Assembly (NCBI GenBank): GCA_949358305.1
Contig: OX442314.1
Span: 7,006,001-7,070,000, forward strand
Reading direction: 5' to 3'
DNA: 64,000 bases
Source of the DNA: Strigamia acuminata
Lineage: Eukaryota
Of the stretch, positions 37,501 through 49,500 are shown piece after piece. Within the stretch, counting starts at the first letter, position 1. Every line of letters begins with the position of its first letter. The notes below the pieces were generated by a model. That model saw only the letters and a program-made list of their open reading frames with translations, ran no database searches and was not told where the DNA came from. A program made the position numbers and the translations under genes.

Positions 37501-40500
37501 TAGCAGGTGAAACTGAGTTACAACGGTCCTCTATCAATACGTATTGTCGGAGCAGATATCGCAGTGATGTTGAGGTTGTTGTTGTATTTTTCAGAGTCTC
37601 GATTTGAGCCAAGACGCGAGCCCAGCACGCTTCAATATTGCGCAGAAAACCTGCGCACTTAGCTCAAATGGGTGCAACTAGTGGTTATTACACCATATTG
37701 CACCATAACGGCTAATAACCGTTTTCACCCCGGACAACCTGGGGTGATATGTGCCTAGAGAGGATTTCTCCCCTCGGTCACATGATCTGACTTGGCGTGT
37801 GCCACAGTCAAATTAATTAGAAGACAATTAATTTAATCTTCTAAGTTGGTGAATATTTTGAGATCACCACACATCCCCCCATTTAAGACGAATCTTACAT
37901 GGAGAGAAAATGAACGAACCAATTTATGATTCGTCCATGGTCTGAGTTCGCTCAGGCGTCAACGGGCGCATCATATCCGTGGTGTCGTCCCTCGGGTTGG
38001 ACCGCTCGTTAACCGTACACAGGTCGCGACCTGCGTTTGGTCCGGAGACCATTCCAGGGTTGACATGAAGCCAAACCTGGATGATTCTTGCCGAGTTCGC
38101 TCGGTTGAAGAATCCTAGCGCCGCGAACTCGATTGGATCCTCTGGCGCTAATCGTGCTCTCAGGAGTCGATCATGGAGCACCGATGGTGGGCTTAACACC
38201 CGAATGTGGTCTTCGAGCCACATGAACACCTGCCTCGACAACTTGTGGTTGTTGCTAAGCAGTGTTCGCGTATCCGGCGTCAAATAGAAGTGCGGATACA
38301 GGCGCATCAGGGTCTTGAAAGCCGACTCCTTCTTCAGCGGCTTGACCTTCGTCTCCGGCTTGGCTGGCGGCGGCGGCGGTGGACGTGAGTCTTCCGCCGT
38401 GGCATCGTCGAAATGGCTCGGCGAGCCCAAGAAAACCAACGCGGGTGCGGAGGTTGACGAGGGTGTGACGCCTCGTCCCTGCGCTCGACCAACTCCGGTG
38501 AGCTTACGGGGTTCGACTGCCCGTTGAACTCCGGCTGGAGTTTGAGAACTTCCGGCGTTCTCCGGCCAAAACGAACATCCAGCGCCCTCTTGGGCCGACT
38601 GGAAAACAGCTAGTGACGCAGCCGCTGTGGCGCTCGTAACTGGAAGCGGTGTTCTTCCGGCCATTTGCGCCGTGGCCTTCGCAAAGGACCACTCGGTTCG
38701 CAACCGAACGGCGGCCTCTTCTTCGGTCTCGCCGTTTGCTACGACTTGCTTAATTAGCTCGGCTAAGATCGTAGGCGGGTCGAGCCGGAGGTGGTACCAC
38801 AGCTCGACTTTCTTCTCCGACAGGCCCATCGGAGCGGTCCAAAGGTACGTAATGGCCGCTAACGCCTGTCCTGGCGAAGGAAGAACACCAGGGTACAACA
38901 CCCTAGTCATCCCCGGAATTAGCTGACGCTGAAAATCCATCAGGCGGGGATCATCAATGGTATTGATGTCGGAGACTTCTAGCCTTTCAGCTAGTCTCTG
39001 CCAGTCCTTCTGCGACTCGGCGATCTGGGCGCGTTGGTATGCGTCCAGCTTTTGGAGCACTTCTTGCTGCGCTCTAATGGGTTGCTGCTCGTAGCAGGTC
39101 CATTGTGGGCTGAATGACTCACTAAAAAATGGCCGGAGTTGCAGGTTGCTAACTCCAGCCGGCAAGCGGGAAACATATCCATGTTCGGGCAAGCGGCTAG
39201 CGTGTCCAGGTACTGGCACGCTACAGTCGGGAGAGATATCACCGACGACACGTCTTATGGCGTATGGAGTAGCCGGGTTGTCAACTTTGAACGTGGAGAC
39301 GGTTCGGCTACTTCGGGCGGACTGGATTGTGGAGTCCGATTCGAAACTCAGCGAGGACGACGAGCCAAACGTCTCTGGTGTCCGTCCTCGTCGCGACTGC
39401 GGGCGTGATGGCTGCGCGTCAGTCGAATATGGGCGTGATCGCCTCTGACGTTCCTCTCGATCGCGGCTTGATTCGCGGAACATCGGTCGGACTGGAACCG
39501 GCGGAGGGAGTTGCCCCACCCTCAAATCCTCGTCTTGCGGCGGAGGATTGATGGCCGCTGGGGCCGGAATTTCATCTTCTTGATAAAAAGGGAGAGCGCA
39601 ACGCGCTTGCTCCTCTGCCTCGTGTTCTCGAGCCAGTTGTCGATTTTCGTCGACGCAAAGCTGCACCGCGGCAGCTCGGAGTGCTTTGGACGGGAAAAAT
39701 CCCGGAAAATCGTTAAAACACCCGGCGAGCGCCAACTGGTGGAGCTCGGTTTGTGTGACGGGAAGTTGTGGGTTCCCGTCACGAACGGATTTGCGATACC
39801 GTTTAACGACTTCGCGTTGTGTCGTTTTGAGGTTCTTCCTCAATTGGGTGAGAGCACCGTAATTAATTCCGGTACTCTTTAGCGCTCTTCTGCGCTCGTG
39901 ACGCTCTCGTGGCGTCACTGGCCACTGGTTGTGCAGCAACTCTGCTGCAAGCGGTCCTGGGGGGCTCTCGTCGAGCGTCCACTCGATTTCGTCGACACCG
40001 TCCACGTGAAGGCGCTCGATGAATCGACCTCTTGCTCCGAATCCTTGCAGAGCCGATCTGCTGAAGTCGTGGCGCAGCTTCCACCACGTGTTGTTCGCCG
40101 TCTTCAGTCTTCTGATTTTTTCGGGCAATGCCGCTCGAAAAATCAGCGGGTGCTGGGTCGGCACATGATCGGGGAGCGCAAACGGCGTCTCTCGATCCCT
40201 CTCGATCTATATTTGAAAAAATAAATAAATAAATTAGTTTATTTAAAAATAAACAAATAATTTCTTATTTGAAATATTTTTTTAAGCTTAGCGCTTGTGG
40301 CCGTGAGCCACTAAGGGATGTTGGTTGTCATGGCAACTCCCTTCGCACATGCTTGAAGCACGTGACTTTTATAGCCGCCATTTTTATTTTTTAGCGGCTT
40401 GTGTTTGAAGTCAGGAAAAGTGAAATTACTCAATTTTTCTGACTTAAACACTTGGTAAAAATTTATTCTAATAATTTACCCGTTGTTGAAGCGTCAATTG

Positions 40501-43500
40501 AACGTCTTCATTTGCCCCTTCCATGGGCATTTCTCCGTCCGCCTGGAGTTGGATCGCTTCCTCGTCCATTCTCTTTCGTTTTCCGGTAATTTCGGAAATT
40601 CTTTCGTCTTGACAGAGAAATAATACATAAATCTTATGTTTTATCAAATTTTTCATACAGAAAAATTACTTACGATCAGGTTGTCGAACTATTCGGGTCG
40701 TAACGTAGGCGATGCGATGCATACACTCTCGAAACTTTTGAAAAAGTGACTAAGTTCGTTGATTGCAAACACGAACTTGGATTAGAGACGCTTTGTGACG
40801 TCACTAATTATAACGTATGATTAACGTTGTCATTCGAGTGGGTACTACGAATGACGTCACGAGATTGCTTTCTCGGATCTTTTGGGTAAACCCAAAAGGT
40901 GAAAGACAACACTATGTCTTGGCTCGCGGAACGCGAGATCTCAAGTTGTACTTTGACTTTCGCGAAGTACAATCCAACTTGTTTAGATTGTCATCAGCAT
41001 CGTCTCCAATGTCAGATGAGTTATATACTTCATTGTTTGAAATTTTCTCTTTTTCTAAAAACATTTCCTTTTCTAGATTTTCATCAAGAGAAACATTTTC
41101 AAGTCGCTGGTTTATTTCATCGACTTCGTTATTTTTGAGTTTCGATTTTTTACTCGATTCCGTGTTTTCGACAGGAATTTTGGATAATTTAGCATCATCC
41201 AAGGTATTAACAATATTTTTTGTTTTTTGACCCACTTCCTCCCCTTCCAGCCAAATTTCTTGGTTGAAAACGGGAAAGTACGGCATTAATTCAGTGCCGT
41301 GAACAGCTGGATAAATTTTATTATCACTCAGCCGTCGAAGTTGAAAGGCGCCTCCTTGTAACCTTTTGATAATTACATAAGGCCCATTCCTTTTCGGTGA
41401 AATGCCTGCTGCTATTCCTTTAGCGGCATTTGAGAGAATATGAGACTCTCGCCAGACTAAATCATTTTGTCTGAAGTTGTCGAATTTCTTATCTGATTTT
41501 TCAGCTTCGACACGGCGTCTCAAATCTAAGACGTGAGACATCATATGCTGATACGTCTCTGCAATTATTGTTTCTAATTTCTGAACATATAAATGCGGAT
41601 TTTTTGGATCAATGACTAAAATTCCTTCCGGAATTCTTGGATCCCAAGGAATTCTTAATTCTCGGAAAAAATTTAAGAAAGCAGGAGAATAATCTCTGCC
41701 TCTTGTTACAGTTGTTCTCAAACTGAATGCAAATTCGCGTAGATACTCATCCCATTGGTCATGAATATCTAAATAAATCGAAACTAAATATTTAATATCT
41801 CGATTGGTTCTCTCCACAGGATTGCTTTGTGGATGATAAATCGATGTCGGTGTTCGCGACATGTCGAATTTTTTGCAAAATTCTTTATAGACCTGTGATC
41901 GAAATTGTGGTCCATTATCACTTATGATTTGTCTCGGAAATCCGAAAGTCATTGATAAGTGATAAATTGTGTTGGCAACTTTTATTGCCGTTGGATTACA
42001 CATTGGAAATAATTCGGGCCAATGTGTAGCGACATCTACGATGACGCAAATGTGGGTATTGTTTTTTCTGGTTCTTGGTTTGGGACCAGACAAATCCACA
42101 CTGAGGCAGTCAAATGGTCCAAATGGTCCAATTTGAGCGCCTTCAATTTCGGTCTTTGATCTCGGCTTACATGCCTGACATCCTTGACAATGTTGAATAA
42201 AACGTGTAATATCACGTTTCATACCTTTCCAGGTATAAACTCTTCGAGTTCGGTACATTGTCCTCGCAATGCCTGGGTGGCCGGACAGTGGATGTCCGTG
42301 CATCAACCAAATGATTTTATAAATCAATTTTCTTGGCACAACAACTTTAAGTGCCCTACCATCCTCTCCTAATTCATCGGTAGAGGTAGGATGATAATGG
42401 AGTAACATATCTTCTTCAATGAGATAAGTACTCGCGTGTCTTTCAAAATTTCTTCTTTGAAGACGAGTTACTATGTAACTTGGATATTGCTTGTTTAACA
42501 AGTAATTGCGAATATGTTGGCAAAATTGGTCTGCTTTTTGCGCCGCAATAATGTCATCTCTCGTTGGAGGATCACATTCTAATTGCTTAGCAATTTTAGC
42601 TGCAAATGCTTTAATTAAAACATTTGTTGTTGGCAGCTCGAATTTTTTAGCCATCATAGCTCTTAATTCGACGTCAGGGGTTCCTGACGGATCATGCATG
42701 TTAATACAAAAATTAATTAATGCTTGATCGTCGTCATTAACTATTATTGACTTGGGTAATTCGTTCAATTTTCCCATTTGCCAACTTCGGCAAGGAGATG
42801 GACAATATGATAATAAATCATCATTATCGCCATCGTCTTCTGGCTCGTCAGGTGTGCTGACAGGTGCACGTGACAATGCGTCTGCTATTACATTCAGCGG
42901 ACCTTTGACGTACTGTATTTCGAACGAATACGCCATCAGCTCCATTTGCCAACGAGCTAATCTGCCCGACGGGTCAGATAACGACATCAACCACTTAAGT
43001 GCTTGGTGATCCGTTTGTACAGTGAATGTAGTGTACTCTAAGTATGGGCGAAATTTGCGTAATCCCCATACTACTGCGAGACATTCTAATTCTGTCACAG
43101 TATAATTCTTTTCAGCGGGTTGCAAGCTTCTGCTTGCATACACGCATGGCATTTCGACTTCTTGGCCATCCACAATTTTCTTTTGTGTAAGGGCTGCACC
43201 CAACCCTTGTTTACTGGCGTCAGTATGAACAATAAATGGCATGTACAAGTCAGGCATCTTCATTGTTTCAGCATTCGTAAGCAGGTCTTTTATTGCGTCG
43301 AATGCTGCTTGATGATGCAGTTCCCAATCGAACTCCGCATCTTTCTTCAAGAGTGGCCTTAGTGGTTCTGCCACTGTGGCCAAATTCTTGATTAGGCGGT
43401 GAAAGAAATTCACCATGCCTAGAAATCTTTGTAATTCCTTAAGATTGGTAGGAGCAGGAAATTGCGTAATTGCAGCGACTTTTTTAGGGTCTACTGCAAG

Positions 43501-46500
43501 TCCTTCTACTCCTACTTTGTAGCCTAGAAAAATTAATTCCTTTCTACAGAGATGCGTCTTGCCAGGGTGCGCATGTAAATTAGCTTCTGCCAATTTTTTA
43601 AACACTATATCTAAATGTTTAATGTGTTCTTCGAACGATTTGGATACAACAATTATGTCATCCAAATATGCCCATGCAAATTTTCTGTAAACGTCACCCA
43701 AAACCTTTTCCATCAATTCTTGGAAAGTAGTTGGTGCGTTTACTAATCCGAAAGGCATGACTAAAAACATTAGTCTTCCCATTGGGCTCCAGAAGGCAGT
43801 TTTTTCTCTGTCTTCAGGTCGCAATTCTATCTGCCAATATCCCTTGGTCAGATCTATAGTACTGACCCATTCGAATTCTCCGATTTCTCGCAGAATTTCC
43901 TCAATTGTTGGCATTTGAGGTGGGTTGTACTTAGTATGTGTATTGATGGGGCGAAAATCAATGCACAAGCGTGGGTCGTTTCCTGGTCGCATGACTAGGA
44001 CTGGCCGCATTCCGTAATCGCCTTCAGCTTTGACGACTACGCCTTTGTCAATCATGTCTTGACAAAGTTGTCTGATTATTTCCCTTTTTTGAGGGTTTAT
44101 GCTCTTAAAGGGGACACGGATGGGTTTCTCCGTGTCAAGCTCAATTTTGTGCTTAACCAGGTGTGTTTTACCTGGATCTTTAGAAATACTCCTTTTATGT
44201 TTGGATAACATCTTTTCTAATAATTTGGATTGCTCCAAATTTAAGTTAGCTTCTTCGACTAACTTTTGGATGAAATTCTCTTCATCAATTTTGCCTTGAG
44301 TTACACTTGCAGCGTAAGCTTTTGCAAAGGTCATAAATGAGGAATCGGGTTCCTCTATTTTCTCCAAATAACGATCCAGCAACGCTTGTGGAATGTAGGG
44401 TAAATCTGCATCCATAGGTTGCGTGAAATTCCAAGACATCGTCTGTGGATTAGGTTGGATTTTTAATTTATTCATAAAATCGCAACCCAATAGTACCATT
44501 GGATACTTATTTGGTATTACGATGAACGGATGACGTAACGTGCCATGTGTCCATCGAAATGAAAGATGGATGGTTCCATCTGGAGTGACTTCTTCACTTG
44601 CCGTCGTAACTCTGACACCAGGTCCGATAGGTCGTAGATATTTTTCTAGACCTAATTGATTAATAACTGAAGTGGCTAGGAAGCTTTTATTTGCTCCTGA
44701 GTCCAACATTCCGGTTATTACACCTTTTAACGTTTCTAACTTTAACGTCGGAAGGTCTTGGCTGTTTGGTATTCCAGCCACTTTGCACTCAAACTTGCGC
44801 AATTTATGAGGAATTGTAATTGGAGGCTCCAAAGGCAATTCATCTAATAACTCATTGGTATCAAGAGTTGTAGTTGCAAATAACTTAATGCATTCCTCAA
44901 TTCCAGGTGTCTCTGGAACTGAGCTTGGTCTATCATCTTTAATTTCGACTTTATCTTTAATATTGGAAGTGTCTCCTTCAGTCGGAGTTTCGCCGACAAT
45001 CTCCTTTTTTACATCAAGAGATCCATTTTCTTTTAGTTCAGTTTGACGAATTAATTCATCAATAGCTTCTCCAACATCTTCCATTATCTTCAGATTTTCA
45101 TTCTCTGATTCCGATTTCGGAGGTGACGCAGCGTCCACTAGACCTGATGGATCTGCGTCTACAAGTTTTTTCGAAACATGTCAGTTATGATCTTGACTGC
45201 TTTTTCAAACTCAGCTGTTGACACTGGTTTGTCCTTTTTAGAGGAAGGGCAGTCTTTTTGCCAATGCCCTAATTTTTTGCATAAATTGCATGGATCAGTG
45301 GCAGGCGATTTCTTTTTCGTTGCTGCTGGCGAGGCAGAACGAGAACGAGCGTCAGACCGGCGCTCTGGCGACACCGCGGGTGATTTTGAATTCCTTTCGG
45401 TATTCACCTTTGATGCGTCAAATGAAACATTTTTTGGTTTCATTTTTGGCTTCCATTTGCCTGCAACGGGGTTATTTTTTGCTAACAGCGCCGCTGCTTT
45501 GGCTAATAAAGCCAACGTCTCGTCTCCCGTTTCCTCCTCCTCTTCAGCTTCTTCAGCTTCAGATGGCGGAGTTTCAGCTCCAGTTATATTGGCGTGTAAC
45601 TTAGGGACTGAATGAGGATTTTTGACGTCCTTTTTGGAAGATTCTTTTTTCGAACTCTTCTCATCCACTTCGTCTAGAAAGTCTTCGTAACTAGGTGGCT
45701 GCAACAATTTCAAACCATTAAAGGTTTCATTGTTTTGCTCAGCGAGTCTTTTCTCTCGCTTTAAGTACGCTGACCTTTCGGCTTCTGTAAGGTAAGCTTT
45801 GTACTTTTCGTCAATGCGCAATTGATTGACCTCCATGAACTCGTTTAACTCGGAGAATTTCCCCGGGTCGGGAGCGTCCGACATCATCAGAATATTTTTA
45901 CTATATTCTGTGAGGCCAGCTCTAAACTGATCATCTGCTGTTGCATCAGTAACAGCGTGTGGCATTCTGCCAAGCAGATTCTCTGCTCTTAGCATGTACG
46001 AATGTAAGCTTTCGCCTTTTCGTTGCTTAAGACATCTCCAGAGCGTTTTGATGTCTTCGCTCGATTCACCAAATTTAAACATAAATTGTTTAACGAAGTC
46101 ATCCCACTTCGTGAAGTCTTTCCTGCGAAACCACTCCTTGACACCGCCAACTAGTATTCTTGGTACTAGATGGGCCAATGCACCTTCACAGCTAAAACTG
46201 TGAACTTTGCCTAGTTCGAATATTTCCAGCAAGAGGTTTGACCCTGCTTGCCAATTTCCATTATAGGCATGTGGGATAACTCGATCCCATCTAATGAACT
46301 TTTCATCTGTTGTTTGATGAATCCATTTATCAGAAGTAAATTCACTTATTTTTTGCAAAATAATTTTATCCCTTCTGCTTTTTCGCTGTTGTTGAGCATT
46401 TTGCCTCAACAACTGGTCAATCTCATCTTTCGTGTAGAAATCGGGTCTTTGAGTTCTACTACGTGTTCTGTGACGAGATCGCCCTCTCACACTGGGACGT

Positions 46501-49500
46501 GAGGAATCTGTATCTGACGCAGATTCATGATTCGGATTTGGCGGCGGATCAGGGTCCGGAGGATCGTCGCCATCTGGCGGACGACGGTCTCCATTTGGTG
46601 GTCCCCTTCCATTTCGATTGCCATTCGAATTGTGGTCACGTGAGTGGCCACCTCCATGTCCATCTGAACTGTCTCCACCTGGTGGGTCACCACCTGGCGG
46701 ATTTCCACGGTATCTCGGCCCATCACGGATGTCGTTGTGACAATCTCGTTTTGGTGAGCCTTCTCGCGGATTATCGTGTGACCGTCCACGATCGTGTGGT
46801 TTCTCACGTTCTTTATTCTTTTTCGCCAGCAATCCAATTAATTGGTCACTATTGCTAAAGAATCTATCCGAATTTTGCGGAACTTTTGGGGAATGATATT
46901 CGGTCGGGTCTGGTTGTCGCTTTCTCTTTTTGCGACTGTGATGACTATTACGGCTTCCACGACTACTGCGTGAGTCATCGCTGTCAGTCCAACTTGATTG
47001 TCGACTGACCTTTGGTTTAGCTGATGTTAAATCAATCAACTCAGGTGATTTGGAAGCACCTTTTTGCAAAACTGGGGCTGGCTTTGCAAAATTATCTTCG
47101 CCACAAACGTCTTGTACTTTTTGTACGACTACTGCAAAGTTTTCTTGTACCGTCAATAGATCTGCGCGAAGAATTTCGTTTTCACGAGCTTGCGCAGCTA
47201 AGTCGGCACGTAATAACTGCTCTGCAGTGCTTAGACTTTTGGCGGCTTGACCAGCATCAATTACGGACTGCTGTCGAGCGAGAAATACTTCGTTTTCTCG
47301 TTGTGCTAATCTCTTAGCTCTTGCTGCTTGCTCTGCAGCATGATTCTCGTAATTTCGAGAAGTGGAGGGAATTACTTCCCTCGCTCGAACTGGGGCGGTT
47401 AGTTCGGCAGTCATTAAATTTGTGTTGGCTTCTCGCAAATTTGCGTTGGCCAATCTCAAATTTTCATTAGCAATTTCTAAATCTTTTTGGGCTTGATTTA
47501 GTTGCTCGAGCCTTTGTTGTTGCCCTTCGTCAGTAATTAGCCAGGAAGCTTTTTCCTGTTCTAATTGTAACAACTTAACATGGTCATTCGCACGTTGTTG
47601 TTTTAGTTCGGCATTTTGCTGATGCATTTCTGCACGCATTCGCTCGAACTCTGCTTGCAAGCTTGTTCTGACGATTTCAACGTCTTTTTGGCTTTGTTTG
47701 CGAACCATAGCTTTGTGGATTTGTTCCACAGTCATTTCGCTAGTGACTTTTACTCCCTCGAGCCTAGCTCGCTCACGGAGTGCGTCCATCATGGTAACAC
47801 GCACGGGAGAATGAGAAACTTCCATATTGGAGTTCTCAGAATCTTGTTGTGCTGCACCTTGAACCGGTGATGAATTCAGCGAGTGCTCCGCACTTGATGA
47901 TTGAATTCGTAAATTCAAATCATCGTTTTGCGACTTGGAACGGCCACTTCCAGTTGGATTGTTTAAGTCCAACTGGCCGCTTGGCGGGGATGGCTGTTGT
48001 CGCTCCAACGCTTGCGTGAATTCATTCACGATTAACTGTGCCGAGTTACAGTTAGCTGTTTGATCCATAGTTTCAAACAGTTCTTGTGACTCAGTCACTT
48101 CTTGATCCACGACTGGTAGATCGATGGCCACTCGTCTCTTCGCCGGCCTTCCTCTCGGTCTCTTCTCTGAAGGAGTCGCCATTTTTCAATGAGGATAAAG
48201 AAAGGATAGAGAAGAAAGATAAGCAAGATAAAAATGGCGGGTAAATTTTAACTAACAAAGTTATACAATGACTATCCCGGACGGGCCCCCACGTGCTGCG
48301 ATCCGGGTTATTATCGCACTTATTTCTAATAAATAAGCACGAAACCGCAGGTGAATGCTAAAATAGACTTACAATCAGCGGCCTTAAACTTGTCTAGGGT
48401 TAAGTTTATTAAGTAGGAAAATAAAGACACAATTTTTATGATAAAAATCACACAAATTCTTTATTAAGTTAAATACAATGAAATATAAAATATATTGACT
48501 AGTTGAAATAGGAAGAGCGACAAGTCGCGTAACAATTTGAGCGGAAAACAATGGAAGGGCTTGCAACGACTGTTGCAAGCTACAAAGCGCTAAAATGGCG
48601 CTTAAACAACACACAGTTGTTAGGCGAAGGCAAAGGTCTTCGTTTGCTGAACTCACGAACGATGGTCGAAGACGATGGTTCTCGTGGGCTCCTTCTACGG
48701 CTCGTGCGACGGCTCGGCGGCGGTGGTTGACGGCTGTAGGCGTCCGACTCTCGTACGATGGCGGTGGCTGGCGTTCGCGCGGCAGCGACGGCGATGGTTC
48801 ACGATCGTCGGGAAACTTCTTCTTCTCGATTGCTGGAATTAGCTACGGCTAATTCAAGCAGAATTGCTGGCTTTGTGCTTTGGGTGGCACAAAGATAGCA
48901 GGTGAAACTGAGTTACAACGGTCCTCTATCAATACGTATTGTCGGAGCAGATATCGCAGTGATGTTGAGGTTGTTGTTGTATTTTTCAGAGTCTCGATTT
49001 GAGCCAAGACGCGAGCCCAGCACGCTTCAATATTGCGCAGAAAACCTGCGCACTTAGCTCAAATGGGTGCAACTAGTGGTTATTACACCATATTGCACCA
49101 TAACGGCTAATAACCGTTTTCACCCCGGACAACCTGGGGTGATATGTGCCTAGAGAGGATTTCTCCCCTCGGTCACATGATCTGACTTGGCGTGTGCCAC
49201 AGTCAAATTAATTAGAAGACAATTAATTTAATCTTCTAAGTTGGTGAATATTTTGAGATCACCACAAATTCTTAGCCATCTTAACCTATAAATTCCTTCC
49301 ACTATTATGATTATTTTCTTCCAAGCTCGGCCGGTTTTAGGCTCACCAATAATAATTGCATTTTTCAATGTATTTTCTAAACTCTGCATGTCTAAAATTA
49401 GAAAATGTAATCCTCTAAAATTGTTTTTTGTATGTCAAATTGTAAAAATTTCTGTTGCAAAATAAAATTTGATTGTTGCTGCCCCTTGAGCTTTGCTGCA

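Larger units (their letters stand above)
36899..49266 (-). mobile_element. Full-length young Gypsy LTR retrotransposon with three ORFs, in an SPT intron
   Basis: 973-bp LTRs at 36899-37871 and 48294-49266 look identical. TSD AATT. PBS TGGGGGCCCGTCCGGGAT (tRNA-Pro) at 48274-48291. PPT next to 37872. Confidence 0.98.

Noticed and set aside
37924..40164. env gene
   Set aside because: The position fits, but I see no signal peptide, TM anchor or fusion-peptide pattern.
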